Shown here: piece by piece, positions 25,999-39,091 of the stretch
Layout: each line of letters begins with the position of its first letter
How positions within the stretch are numbered: position 1 is the first letter of the stretch
NCBI RefSeq assembly: GCF_006345805.1
Contig: NC_043014.1
Coordinates: 45,570,001 to 45,634,000, forward strand
Direction of reading: 5' to 3'
DNA from: Octopus sinensis
Lineage: Eukaryota
DNA length: 64,000 nt
The notes under the pieces: generated by a model
What the model was told of the DNA's origin: nothing
What the model saw: the letters and a program-made list of their open reading frames with translations, nothing else
The model's database searches: none
Program-made: the position numbers and the translations under genes

Positions 25999-27685
25999 GA
26001 GACTGGAGACTAAATCCAATATAAAAAAAGGGTTGCCGGAAACACTAAAGATGCGGTTAATAGTTAAAGAGAAAAGAAAAGAAAAACTCCCTCTATAGTA
26101 GCAGTATAACTAACCTCTAATATATTGTAATTATACTGGTTTCAAATATTTTCACAAGGCTAGCGATTTCGGGAGAAGAGGTTTAGTCAATTATATCAAC
26201 CCCGGAAGGATAAAAGGCAAAGGGTAGATTTGAACTTAGAATGTCAAGGCAGACGAAATGCCGCTAAGCATTTTGCCCAGCATGCTAACAGTTCTGTCAG
26301 CTTGTTGTCTTATTGTAATAATATTGAATGTTTTATTTCTCTGTTGAAGACAAGTGGACTAGTGGTTAAAGTGTTAAGGCTTGTGCTCATTTGGTTGGGG
26401 GTTCAGTTCTTAGACAAGGCAGCGTCGCACACTCAGCTGGAAATTAATACTAATGCTATTAGAGTCGAGGTGGGGGTTATTCTTGCAATGTACTGGTGCC
26501 TTGTTCAATAGAAAGAATTATATTCTCAGATTACATCCCTCAGAAATTCAGAAAAAAAACTCTGACCAGATAAGCTCCACTCTCAAAAACTTGTAAGTTC
26601 AAAGCAGACTTTTTTTTTTAATGGAAAGCAAATTTACAGGTGAATGATAAATTATTATTATTGTTTGACTAAAGTAGCAGAAATGTTATAATCCCAACCC
26701 AACCATTGTTGCTTTCATAATTGATTGTGGCCCCATGATCAATTGTTAGTTCTGGAATTATTTGTAGGATTTGAATCCCAAGGTGGAACTTGAACTCACA
26801 AAGCCTCTCACTCTACATTTTAACAAATCTGCTGATCTACTATTCTGGAATTGGCACTTCATATATTGATTTCAAATTTTGGCACAAGGCCAGCAGTTTT
26901 CGGGAAGTGTGTGTGTGTGTGGGGGGGGGGGGGGTAAGTTGATTACATCGACCCCAGTGCTCAACAGGTACTTTATTTCATTGACCCTGTAAAAATGCCC
27001 AAGGTGCCATGTAATGGGGTTGAACCCAGAACCATGTGGTTAAGAAGCAAACTTATTACCACACAGACATGCTCGCACCTTATCCCACCAAGGTCAACTT
27101 TGGCTTTCATCCTTCCAGGGTTGGCAAAATATCCAGTCAAATACTCAGAGTCAATTTAATATTCCTATATTGCATCCTTGATGTGAACTGAATTATATAT
27201 AAAATATTAAAAAAAAGACTTAGTTATATTTATATTTGTGTTCTTCATTTTTGTTGTTTGTTTTTCCTCCTCCAGATGTTCTCAATTTCTGAAAACAGAT
27301 TCAAGACCATCTTCCATGAAAGCTAAGAATCTGAAAACCAATTTGTTACTTAATGAAGAACGCTATGTTATCGATATTTATTTTATATCTGATTTCCTGG
27401 ATAGAAGAAGACAAAATTTCGACCAAGAATATTAACCCTTTCGTGACTAAATTTCTAATGAGTAGAGAGACTGCCATTTTGTGTTTTAATTAATTTTCAA
27501 TATAATTAAAATTCTCAAAGGTTTATAAAAATATTTGTATATATTATACTATATTGGTGTTGGATCAACTGATAGCTTATCATATCATTTGTATTATGGA
27601 ACTGTGATCAATATTTTAACTACAACATCAATGCTTAGTATTGGCAGGTCTTATTTGAGTTGGGTTGGTATCAAAAGGGTTTTGG

Positions 27686-28185
27686 GTATGGCTGTGTGGT
27701 AAGGAGTTTGCTTCTCAGCCACATGGTTCTAGGTTCAGATCTTCCACATGGCACCTTGCGCCTGTGTCTGCTAATATAAGCCCCAGGTTGACCAAAGCCT
27801 TGAGAGCAGATTTGGTAGATGAAAACTGAAATAAGTCCTTCATATATATATCTATATATATATAAATAAAAAGGGGTTTGTATGATTGTGCATAGAGGGA
27901 TATATATTATTCAAAGGAATTCCAACTCTGTCTGTTTTTTATGTTTTATTTATATTCTTTATAATATTAATGTAGAATATAGTATAAATAGTATATATAT
28001 AGTAAAATGAAATGAAGTATTGATTGTCTTATTGGATAGATGAAATATTGAATATCAAATATTAAGGGACTTGTATACTTTCTTGCATTTAAGCAGTCTT
28101 CAAGGTCCCAGGTTGTGACAGGAGTATTTCAACTGTGGTTGACTGGCTGTCTTTTGTCCTTTATATATTTTCTTGTGTGTGTATG

Positions 28186-28235
<50 letters not shown>

Positions 28236-28440
28236 TTGTGTGTGTCTTTGAGTTTGTCCCCCCACCACTACTTGACAACTAGTGTTAGTTTGTTTATGTC
28301 CACATAACTTTGGCAAATAGAGACCAAAAGAAAAAGTACTGGGCTTAAATAATAAGTGCTGGGATCAATTTGTTTGACTAAACTGTTCAAGGCAGTGCCC
28401 CAGCATGGCCCCGGTCCAATTACTGAAATAAATTAAAGAT
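27686..28440 (+). mobile_element. Degenerate SINE family A with about 300 bp foreign insert in its microsatellite
   Basis: Head at 27686-27845, tail at 28230-28440, AT-rich insert between TA tracts. Confidence 0.7.
28066..28109 (-). ncRNA. Degenerate hammerhead-like motif
   Basis: Minus strand gggac-cttgaaga-ctgcttaaatgcaa-gaaa-agtatacaa-gtccc; stem I intact, core and stem III damaged. Confidence 0.3.
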
Positions 28441-29253
28441 GGAAAATAACCCCCCACTTTCCATTGACTAAATCCCATCACAGATAGCCAATAAAACGGT
28501 TTTTCATTTGAGAAAGAAATGAGAAAATGTTTGACTTTGTGAATTTTGTGAAATATTAGAGTCCCCTTGTTGGGTGTTTAGGAGGGAAGGAAAGACTGGA
28601 AGATTGGCTCACGTTACATATGGTACCTCTCTTTGCAGAGAGGAGGAAGGTGTTAGTCTAACATAAACAGACTTTTCCCATGTGAAATTGCTGGCTGCTT
28701 TAGGGGTAACAAGAACCCTGTTTATCTGGAAGCAGTTAAAATTAAATGTGGCAGGCCCCGGGTATCTATGTCAATCTTCTGCCAACCTACCCCGCTGCCC
28801 AAATGCTAACTCCCCTATTTGCTCCCTTGAAGAAGAATAAAAAGGAGGAAAAAAAAAAAAACCAACTACAACCAAAAAATGCCAAACCTTAAACGCAACC
28901 TTCTGTTTCGAAAGGAAGCATTTATGAAAGGCAGCAGCTAGACTGGATGGAATTACAAGCAAATAAACCATTTTCTGGAATTCTAGCAAATGACAACGGA
29001 ATAGATGGATGGAACCGAAACCAGCAATGAGCTGGAAATGAAGAAAAGTTTATTCTTTTGCTTAAGAATTTAAAGGAATGCGATTTGATTAGAATAAAAT
29101 TCAACATTTCGGATTGTAACAGATCCTAGGAAAATCATAAAAATCATGTTGAATATCAAAACAAAACTCTACACAAAGTTTAATTTAGCTTTTAATAGAG
29201 TGTTAATTTATTCAATTATTCTATTTATAAAATATACTGTTTGAAATGTTTAA

Positions 29254-29766
29254 TCTATATATATAAAACTGTAGTTGTGTGAGTGTCTGTCCCCTTCGAT
29301 TTAGATTCCTAACTACTCCCACATTTTGCGGTGCAGTTTAACCAAATTCGGGTATCTTATAGTCGTGATTCATATCGAGCCCGTCTGAGTATTAGCACGC
29401 GTCTACGATGAGTCTACGATTTTAAAAATAATTTAACATCATTTTTTATTCCATTTTAATGCATAATTTTTCGTGTGTCGATGGCGGCGGAGTTGGCATC
29501 CATGGTCACACCTGCACCTGTTTCCTTCTCCCCCTTCTTCTCTCCCTCGTGAAGCTGTGGGGAAGGGAGTGTAAGGAAATCAACGTCGTAAAGCGTTGTC
29601 AAGGAGACCAGCGTTCTTTTAGAACAACGACTTCATGGCTTGAAGACACCAAAACAAAAATGGCTAAGAAAGCCCGAATTGGCATCTATAAAGGAAGTAA
29701 CTCTCTAAAAATGCTTATATAGTTATTTCCCTTACAAACCCGAGCAACGCCGGGCGATACTGCTAG
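29254..29766 (+). mobile_element. Non-autonomous Helitron, complete (513 bp)
   Basis: 5' TC (tctatatatataaa), 3' CTAG, subterminal hairpin cccg-agcaacgc-cggg at 29739-29754, inserted between A29253 and T29767, no TSD. Confidence 0.85.
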
Positions 29767-29885
29767 TCATATATAATTCTAATAAGATTGTTACAGATTT
29801 TTAGAAACAGTTTTAAGACCTCTTGGCTAAGTCCTTTGTTATTATTATTATCATCATTAAGGTTGTTATTTATGATTATATAAAG

Positions 29886-30290
29886 ACAGCGAGCTGGCAG
29901 AATTGTTAGCATACCAGGCAAAATGCTTAGTGGTATTTCATCTGCCGTTACGTTCTGAGTTCAAATTCCGCCGAGGTCGACTTTGCGTTTCATCCTTTCG
30001 GGGTCGATTAAATAAGTACTAGTTACGCACTGGGGTCGATATAATCGACTTAATCCGTTTGTCTGACCTTGTTTGTCCTCTCTGTGTTTAGCCCCTTGTG
30101 GGTAGTAAAGAAACAGGTATTTCATTTGTCGATACGTTCTGAGTTCAAATTCCACCAAGGTCGACTTTGCCTTTCATACTTTGGGGGCAGGGGATCGATA
30201 AATTAAGTACCAGTGAAACATTAGTGTCAATGTAATTGACTATCCCTCTCACCAAAATTTCAGGCCTTGTGCCTTTAGTAGAAAGGATTA
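29886..30290 (+). mobile_element. Two head-to-tail SINE family B copies (second 5'-truncated, alternative tail)
   Basis: Colinear with other B copies. Confidence 0.8.
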
Positions 30291-30579
30291 TTATTATTAT
30301 TATTAGTGGGAAAAAAAAAAAAATAAACATGAGAGAAAAAAAAAGGGTCAGCATGCAGATGTAACAGCATCCTTTGCATAATGTTATGTTGCAAATGTAG
30401 CAAAATGCAAGAGAAGATAGGGACAACATCTTTTCCCCCCACTAAGCTAACTTGTATAACAAAAGCAGAAAAAGAAAGAAATAAGGGAGACAGTAAAATG
30501 TAACATAAATATAAAACATTGACCCTTTTGATACCAACCTACCCCAAGATCATTTTTCATTCTATGATTTTCTTTTATC

Positions 30580-30771
30580 CTTCTACTTGTTTCAGTCATT
30601 TGACTGCAGCCATGCTGGAGCACCGCCTTCACTCGAACAAATCGAATCCAGGACTTATTCTTTGTAAGCATAGTACTTATTCTGTCAGTCTCTTATGCTG
30701 AAACCACTAAGTTACGGGGATGTAAACACACCAACATTGGTTGTCAAGCAACAGTGGGGGTACAAACACAG

Positions 30772-30812
<41 letters not shown>

Positions 30813-31337
30813 ATAAAATATTAGGGAATAAATCCAAACTTACAGGGAAAAATCAGATTTAGGATTGAATCCAATTAATTATATATTTAAAATAATATAA
30901 ATTAATTAATCTTATGTATTGGCTTAAGTTTTTCATTGTATGATTTGCCTAATAGTGGTTTTATCTCTAATTTAATATAATATATATATATATATACGGT
31001 AAAAATATTTTTTACCTTCACCCATTTAATACAATAAATGAATTAATTGCATTGCAATAAAGAGCATTTTTGTATTAAGAATTTGGGTACTTTACCAGCA
31101 GTATATTGGATAACTGATATCCCATAGTGGGTTACATTTATAACCCCTATCTTACTTTGTATTATATATATATATACATATGAGCTTTTTTCAGTTTCCA
31201 TCTACTTAATGCACTCACAATGCTTTGGTCGGCCCATGGCTATAGTAGAAGACACTTGCCCAAGGTGCCATGCAGTGGGACTGAACCCGGAACCATGTGA
31301 TTGGGAAGCAAGCTTCTTACCACACAGCCACTCCTGC
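30580..31337 (-). mobile_element. SINE family A with two foreign inserts in its microsatellite
   Basis: Tail 30580-30790 and head 31180-31337 separated by two non-SINE segments (about 30810-30985 and 30998-31165), each bounded by (TA)n. Confidence 0.8.
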
Positions 31338-31605
31338 TGAACTTATTGCTTTAAAGCTATCTAAATTATACCCTTCCATCAAAATTCTGTGTTAATTTAT
31401 GTTCTGAACACCAGGTTGATAATCACAATGTTACTTTGCTAAATCATTCGTTATTTTCAACATCAACTGAAACAAAAACACTGCATTTCAACAAAAATAT
31501 GGGGATGAAAAAGGTTAAAAGGACAATTAAAAAATAATCAGACTGAAGAAAAATTAAGACTGAATCAGATTCGAAAATATTTTTGAGTTTCATTTTGGTT
31601 TTAAA

Positions 31606-32014
31606 TATATGTATGTATATATGTATATGTATGTATGTATATATGTATGTATAATATGTATGTATAATATGTATGTATATACATATATATATATATATGT
31701 ATTATATGTATATGTATGTATGTATGTATATACATATGTAGTATATGTATGTATGTATGTATTATATGTATATATGTATGTATTATATGTATATGTACGT
31801 ATGTATTATATATGTGTATATATATATATGTATGTATACACATATATATGTATTATATGTATATATGTATGTGTATGTATGTATTATATGTATATATGTA
31901 TGTATGTATGTATATACATATGTATATATGCATGTATGTATGTATTATATGCATATATGTATAATATGTATATATATATATGTATTATATGTATATATAT
32001 GTACGTATGTATTA

Positions 32015-32071
<57 letters not shown>

Positions 32072-32112
32072 AATATGTATGTATGTATAATATGTATATG
32101 CATGTATGTATA
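31606..32112. repeat. Compound TA/TATG microsatellite
   Basis: Direct reading. Confidence 0.97.
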
Positions 32113-33240
32113 TTCTCTTACCTGGCTCCATTGCTTCTCTCAAAAGTTTTAGGATCAACAAGTTTGTAGAAGAAGTAGTCTAAAGGAGATGTTAAGCAGA
32201 GGCTAACACAAAGACAACTAACTGAACTCCTCGGAAGAAGCGTGGGAATATTTTTTACCCCGTTTCTTGTGTTAAAGAGGCCCTTCTTTCTGCTCCCTCC
32301 CCTTTACATAAGAAACAAGTTAAAATAAAATAAATAAATAAATAAAAAAAGCCCTGCCCCCAATTCACTGAAATATAATTCCCTCCTAGCACAGAGCAAA
32401 AATATGTGATGGTGTGAGAGAGTGAAGATGTTTAACACAACAACAACAACAATAACATCAACAGAACCCCCACCCAACTTCCTTCCTCATTTCCCCCACC
32501 CCTGCTGTAGGCTTTTTACTTTTGCTAACTTTGTTCCTTTCAGAAAGAAATATTTTTCTTTGAAACTAAAGAAAATAGGAACTGATGTTATTGTCTCCTC
32601 CCTAGCCACAACTCTAAGTCACATATGGTATTAAAACAACATGGCTTTTTTCAAGGGGACAGTCTCTGTTAAGTAATACTATGCCTACTAAGAGAAAAAA
32701 AAACCTCTCTCTCTCTCTCCCCTCATACACACACAGAGGTATAGTATGGCTGAATGGTTAAAAACTTCACTTTGTAGCATGAGGTCTTGGGTTCCATTTT
32801 ACCACATGGCATCTTGGAGAAGCATAATTTTTTTTTTTTTTGATTTTAACCCTTTTCGTTACCATATTTCTGTTGAGATGCTCTGTTTTTCTTTCAATTA
32901 CTTTAAATATAACAAAGAATTTAGTAAAATAACTAAGTTATCATTAAGCTAGTGTTAGGGACATAAATTGTGACTCAAAATGTGACTCAAAATGGCATGC
33001 CACTAAATTCTGGTTTGAACTGCAGCTGAAGATGTAATTATGTGATTGCTCTTCCTAAAGCGGCTAGAAGTGACTTCCCCTTGAGTCGGTAGGTATAGAT
33101 TAAAGTAGAAAAGAAAAGGCAAATACTCTAGCAAGACTTGACAAGAGCATTTAAACTTTTATTATATACTTGAATTAAATGTCCTTGTGAAGAAGTCTTG
33201 CCAAACTTTGCCTTCTCTTTTCTGCTTTAATATTTTATAT

Positions 33241-33596
33241 ATAGGCGCAGGAGTGGCTGTGTGGTTAAGTAGCTTGCTTACCAACCACATGGTTCCAGGT
33301 TCAGTCCCACTGCGTGGCACCTTGGGCAAGTATCTTCTACTAAAGCCATGGGCCGACCAAAGCCTTGTGAGTCGATTTGGTACACGGAAACTGAAAGAAG
33401 CCTATCATATATTTGTGTGTATGTTTGTCCCCCAATGGTGGTGTAGTTACGTCCGTGTAACTTAGTGGTTCGCCATAAGAGACCGATAGAATAAGTACTA
33501 GGCTTACAAAGAATAAGTCCTGGCGTCAATTTGCTCGACTAAAGGCGGTGCTCCAGCATGGCCACAGTCAAATGACTGAAACAAGCAAAAGAGTAA
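33241..33596 (+). mobile_element. SINE family A
   Basis: Colinear, internal deletions. Confidence 0.85.
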
Positions 33597-34139
33597 TATA
33601 TATATATATATATATATATGCATACATGCACCACCCATGTAAAAATAATTCAATTACTATTTTCAAGTATTCTTTAAAAATTAGCACAGGTCAGTCATGA
33701 CCAATTGTCAGTTTCCTATGGCTCTCTTTACTGGAACATTAGATTCCTACCGCTGGCAGACAACACTGGTTATAATTACTTCCACCTCATATGCTGTGGT
33801 GCCAGCACATTAATCCTTTAAAATCCACACCAACCCATAATCCTTCGTAATAGCTGTTTCAGTTAGCAATTTTCTCGCCAGAAAATCATTTCAGTGTAAT
33901 AACTCTTTCATGTGAATTATAGAATCTCATTCTGATTCCTGTCTGGAACCGTTTCATTTGTGTAACTGATGCGCTTGGAAGACAAAAGTATTTATATACT
34001 TTCCTCCGTTTTCTCCTCTTGTATAATTTGGAAGCTTTTAGAAAGCATCTATCAATATACTGTGATGGATGAGGTTAAGAGATCTTAAGATGGCTGTGTG
34101 TGTGTATGGGTGAGTTTATGTGAGAGAGAAAGAGGGAAT

Positions 34140-34470
34140 TAATTCCATGTGAGAGCAAGAGAGAATTAGTTTCATGAGACAGAGAGTTAGTTTCATGTGC
34201 GTGCATGTGAGAGAGAGAGAATTTCATGAGATGAAGATAGTTCCATGTGAGAGAGAGAGAGAGAGAGAGAAAGAGATAGTTCCATGTGAGAGAGAATTTC
34301 ATGAAGATAGTTCCATGTGGGAGGGAGGGAGGGAGGGGGAGAGAGAGAGAGAATTTCATGAGATGAAGATAGTTCCATGTGGGAGAGAGAGAGAGACAGA
34401 GATAGAGAGAGAGAATTTCAAGAGATGAAGATAGTTCCATGTGGGAGGGAGGGAGAGAGAGAGAGAGAGA
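34140..34470. repeat. Degenerate minisatellite, core gaatttcatgagatgaagatagttccatgtg with GA spacers
   Basis: About five cores separated by variable (GA)n/(GGGA)n. Confidence 0.85.
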
Positions 34471-34736
34471 AAGTTAGTTACTTAATTTCATGTGAGCCAG
34501 ACAGATTGTTTGTGTGTGTGGGTGTCCGTGCAGTACGGGGGTGGGGGTGGGGGGTTATCCATAAAAACCTATTCCATCAATTTGGATGCAATACTATAGA
34601 ATTTTGTGGCAGACATCTACTACAGAATGACAAATGGAGATGGATGTGAGCAAGGCAAGGCGGGTCCCATGAGAAGTGGATGTCAAGTCAAATAATGCAA
34701 AACTTGAATTAAACAAGAAAGAATGACAATACATAC

Positions 34737-34868
34737 TTTGGGATTTGCTCCGCCAGTAGAGGAAGAGAACAAGGACGATGACCAATACGATGAGAATCAC
34801 TGAACAGACGACAGCGATGATGATCATATGCGTGGTGGACAACGTGTTTTCAGACATCTTGGTATTAA
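34737..34868 (-). CDS. Transmembrane exon (132 nt, phase 1-1) of a type I membrane protein: (V)NTKMSENTLSTTHMIIIAVVCSVILIVLVIVLVLFLYWRSKSQ
   Basis: Minus strand: gtgttttcttttgcag| acceptor and CAAA|gtatgt donor; about 24 hydrophobic residues followed by WRSK stop-transfer; symmetric phase 1 is typical of receptor/adhesion genes; family not identifiable. Confidence 0.85.
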
Positions 34869-36385
34869 CTGCAAAAGAAAACACATCAGTAAAGTAAAAT
34901 ATTAGGTTTTGGTTTTTCAATGAATAAATTTATGAAATAAATGTATATTAACAAATTCTTTGTATTGAGTACCTCAACATCTGTTTGCTAAAAAGTAATG
35001 CTGTGTATATAATGATAAAATAAATAGATCTGCTACTGCTTTGATTAACTTAGATAAACGTAAAAAGCATCCACTACACTCATGGAGTGGTTGGCGTTAG
35101 GAAGGGCATCCAGCTGTAGAAACACTGCCAGATCAGACTGGAGCCTGGTGCAGCCTTCTGGCTTCCCAGATCCCCAGTTGAACCGTCCAATCCATGCTAG
35201 CATGGAGAACGGACGTTAAACGATGATGATGATGAAACTTAGATATGTTTCGACCAAAGATTGGTCCAGGCCATGTCTAACTTAATAGCGCCACCTGATA
35301 GGATTATCTAAATCCTGTTTAAGTCAAGTTTTGTTTATGGTCCATTCAAGTAGTGAGTTCTTGTTGAGTGAGTTGTATCCAGGTATGGGTGGCTTATCCA
35401 GTATTCCTTGAAGAAATCTGTCCAGACTCCGTTTAAAGGTGATGGGATCCTTTTCCTCTTTGATCTCCATGTGCTCTTGTTCATATTGTTTTGAATTAAT
35501 CATGCATTATCTTGTAGGCTTTAAGGTGGCGAGCTGGCAGAAACGTTAGCTTACTGCGTGAAATGCTTAGCAGTATCTAATCTGTCTTTATGTTCTGAGT
35601 TCAAATCGTCAAGGTTGACTTTGCTCTTCATCCTTTCGGGGGTCAATAAATTAAGTACCATATTGGGGTCAATCTAATTGACTGGCCCCCTCCCACAAAA
35701 CTTTTGGGTCTTGTGCCTAAAGTAGAAAAGATTATCTTGTAGGATTTGAGATTTTGATAATGTGATTATTTTTTTAGAACGATATCATAGGGTAGGTGTG
35801 AGAAGCAGGATCTGGTTAGTTTGAACATAAAATGGGTAGAAAAATTGGTTTAAATATCACTGACCAGAAGATCTAATCAACCAAGGCAATATAGAGCTGA
35901 ACAAGAAGAACAACAACAACATATATTAAAGACACTCCAAGACCCTCCCACTATGCCAGCACAGAAGCTCTCTTTCTTTCTCCATGTGTGCACAAGGAAT
36001 AAGTCTTGGGATTAATTTCTTTAACTAAAACCCCTTAAAGCAGTGCTTCAGCATGGCTGCAGTCACACACACACTGATGAAATGAATTAAACACTAAACT
36101 ACTAAAAAAAAAAAAACCCCAAAAAAATAATGTTCAGATTTAATCTAAAAAGGTCAAATAATTAATCAAACACTTGAATTGATTCCCCCCCCCCTGCCCT
36201 GCCATCCCTTCTTCCCCCCTTTCGCACTGCAAATTAAGATGCCATGCAGTGATCCCTCTGGATATAAACACAATGTGTAACAACAGTAAACAAGTCATTC
36301 CATCACTGTCATATTCAAGTTAAACATTAAAAATTGTGCAGTGCTTCAATAAAAGATGCTGCATCGATCAACAGTGTATAATAAC

Positions 36386-37000
36386 GAGCGTGGCTGTGTG
36401 GTTAAGAAGCTTGCCTTGCGACCACGAGGTTTTGGGTTCAGTCCCACTGCACAGTACTGCAGGCAAGTGTCTTCTATTATATATTTCTTTACTACCCACA
36501 AGGGGCTAAACACAGAGGGGGGACAAACAAGGACAGACAAACGGATTAAGTCGATTACATCGACCCCAGTGCGTAACTGGTACTTAATTTATCGACCCCG
36601 AAAGGATGAAAGGCAAAGTCGACCTCGGCGGAATTTGAACTCACAACGTAATGACAGACGAAATACGGTTACGCATTTCGCCCGGCGTGCTAACGTTTCT
36701 GCCAGCTCGCCGCCTTTAGAAGTGTCTTCTATTATAGGGGTTTTAGTTGACCAATACTTTGCGAGAGAATCAGGCAGATGGAAACTGTAAAGAAGACCTT
36801 GTGTATATGTCTGTCTCCCCTCCCACTGATTAACAACCGGTGCTGTTTTGTTTACATCCTTGTGAACTTGGTTACTCGGTGAAAGAGACTGGTAGAATAA
36901 GTATCAGACCTGAAAAATCTGTACTGGAGTTGACTGGGTCCATGAAAACCCTTCAAGGCAGTGCCCCAGCATGGCCACAGTCCATGAAACCAGTAAAGGA
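36386..37000 (+). mobile_element. Degenerate SINE family A interrupted by SINE family B
   Basis: Head 36386-36481 resumes at 36720. Confidence 0.75.
36482..36719 (-). mobile_element. SINE family B, full length with 17-bp TSD
   Basis: aagtgtcttctattata at 36465-36481 and 36720-36736. Confidence 0.92.
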
Positions 37001-37019
37001 AATAGAATGAATTTATTCT

Positions 37020-37378
37020 TTTATTTGCTTCAGTCATTTGACAGCAGCCATACTGGAGCACTGCCTTAAGGGGGTTTTAGTCAAAGAAATTGATCCAAAA
37101 ACTTATTCCTTGTAAGCCTAGTACTTATTCTATCAGGTTCTTTTGCCAAAACACTAAGTTACAGGGATATAAACACACCAACACCGGTTGTCAAGCAATG
37201 GTGATGGGGGACAAACAGACACAAAAAGATACACAAACACACACACATATATATATATATATACACGATGGGCTTCTTTCAGTTTCCATCTACCAAATCC
37301 ACTCACAAGACTTTGGTCGGCTTGTGGCTACAGTAGAAGACACCTTGTCCAGGGTGCCACACAGTGGGACTGAACCCT
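37020..37378 (-). mobile_element. SINE family A
   Basis: Colinear, degenerate. Confidence 0.8.
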
Positions 37379-38559
37379 GAAAGAATTTATTGCATTTCAA
37401 AATAGATTTATCTTTACTTGTTTCAGTCATAGGGTTACAGCCAAGCTGGGGCACCACCTTAAAAGGTTTTAGTTAAACAAACCACTCCTAGTTCTTGCAT
37501 AGGCATGTGTGTTTTACGCCTCGTACTTTCTACTGGCATTTTTCAGCAAGCCACTGAGTTATAGGGATGTAAACAAACCAACAACAGTTGTCAAGTTGGG
37601 GAGGAGAGACAAACAGAGACAGACAGACACACACACACATGTTTATAAACCCTGCAAGGAATGAGAGGCAAAGTTGACCTTGGCAGGGGATTTGAACTCA
37701 GAATGTTTAGCATGTTGTCTGATGTGCTAACAATTCTACATAATCCTTTCTTTCTACTTTAGATACAAGACCTGGAATTCTGGAGAAAGGGGCCAATTGA
37801 TTACACTGGGCCAAGTATTTGACTGGTACTTATTTTATTGACCCCTGAAAAGATGAGAGGCAAAGTCAACCTCATCAGAATTTGAACTCAGAACATAAAG
37901 ACACATGAAATGCAAAGATAATAATAATAATAATAATAATAATAATCCTTTCTACTAAAGGCACAGGGCCTGCAATTTGAGGGGAGGGGACTAGTTGATT
38001 ACATCGATCCCAGTGCATAACTGGTACTTATTTTATCAAATCCGAAAGGATGAAGAGCAAAGCTGACCGTGACGGAATTTGAACCTGGAACGTAGTGGCA
38101 GACAAAATACTGCTAAGCATTTTGCCCGGCGTGCCCTTTTCTATTATAGGCCCAAGGCCTAAAATTTTGGGGGAGGGGGTAAGTCAATTACATCGACCCC
38201 AGTACTCAACTGGTACTTGTTTTATTGACCCTCAAACGACGAAAAGCAAAGCTGATCTGAATTTGAATTCAGAACATGAACACAGACGAAATGCCACTAT
38301 GCAAATAATAATAATTTTAATAATAACAATGAGACCGTTATTATATTTTGTTTGTATCAGAATAGAAGTGAAATAGCTATTTGCGTTTAAAGAATGGCGC
38401 CATAATATATAGGTGAAGTGTATTTGGCAGAATTAATGCAGCAAGCCTTGGTATTTTTTTTTGCTGCACAGTCTGTCCATGTGGAGGCAAGAAACCTACA
38501 GAATCAAATTACCTTCTTTGTCTTCATGTTATCTCAGACAAAGAATCTCTCCCTCTTAC

Positions 38560-38705
38560 TGTGCCCCCCCCCCCAACCAGATATACAAAGTAGAAACAGC
38601 CAAGTGGTGGGGGGAGCCTTGATACCGCGGTGATGATGAGCGAGAACCCTGTTAAAGTGTATAACATAGCTAGCCCCCCAATTCCTAAAACGGTTGGCTG
38701 GCTAT
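38560..38705 (-). CDS. Candidate alternative hydrophobic exon: (x)SQPTVLGIGGLAMLYTLTGFSLIITAVSRLPPPLGCFYFVYLVGGGGT
   Basis: Minus strand: tttatttctctgtggcag| phase-1 acceptor, open frame with a 20-aa hydrophobic stretch, ACA|gtaaga donor (phase 0 as assembled, after an 11-G run). Confidence 0.25.
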
Positions 38706-39091
38706 CTGCCACAGAGAAATAAACATAGGGAGTTGTTAAACAAAGAGAAAGGGCATATATTCTGGCAGCTGTTAATTCAAATGTTTATGAAGATTATTAA
38801 CCTACTTTGAGCCTTTATAATCTGCAGGCTGCACATGGTAATTCTAGCTCCTTGTGCTGCGCTCTTCATGAGAATAATTGTCTTTGAATGTACGTGATTG
38901 GTTTAAGTAACTGGTAGAAATAGATAGTGAAGCCCTGTGGTATCTGACTACGAGTTAGTCAAGTCTTTTTTTTTTTATCGCGGCATCATCCAATCAGATT
39001 GATTGCCCGGGCCAACCTGACTACCTCTCTCTCCATCCCTCCTAATCTTCCATTAATGGTTTTAGGTCTTCAACTTGGCATCCAACATCTG

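Noticed and set aside
26670-26812. Minus-strand peptide ...LTIDHGATINYESNNG resembling an ankyrin repeat end
   Set aside because: No TPLH motif, stops on both sides, no splice sites; probably chance
28922-29032. Strong minus-strand acceptor (cttttcttcatttccag) in the intron after the TM exon
   Set aside because: Only a weak donor (gtttat) or a stop after 36 codons follows, and the peptide has no recognisable character; cannot be supported without RNA data
31601-32152. Long YIYI/MYVC/THTH ORFs here and at about 43505-44700 and 51355-52223
   Set aside because: Translations of TA/TG microsatellites, which lack stop codons in several frames
34140-34470. Repeat-spacer pattern resembling a CRISPR array
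   Set aside because: Spacers are GA microsatellites of variable length, no cas genes, eukaryotic context
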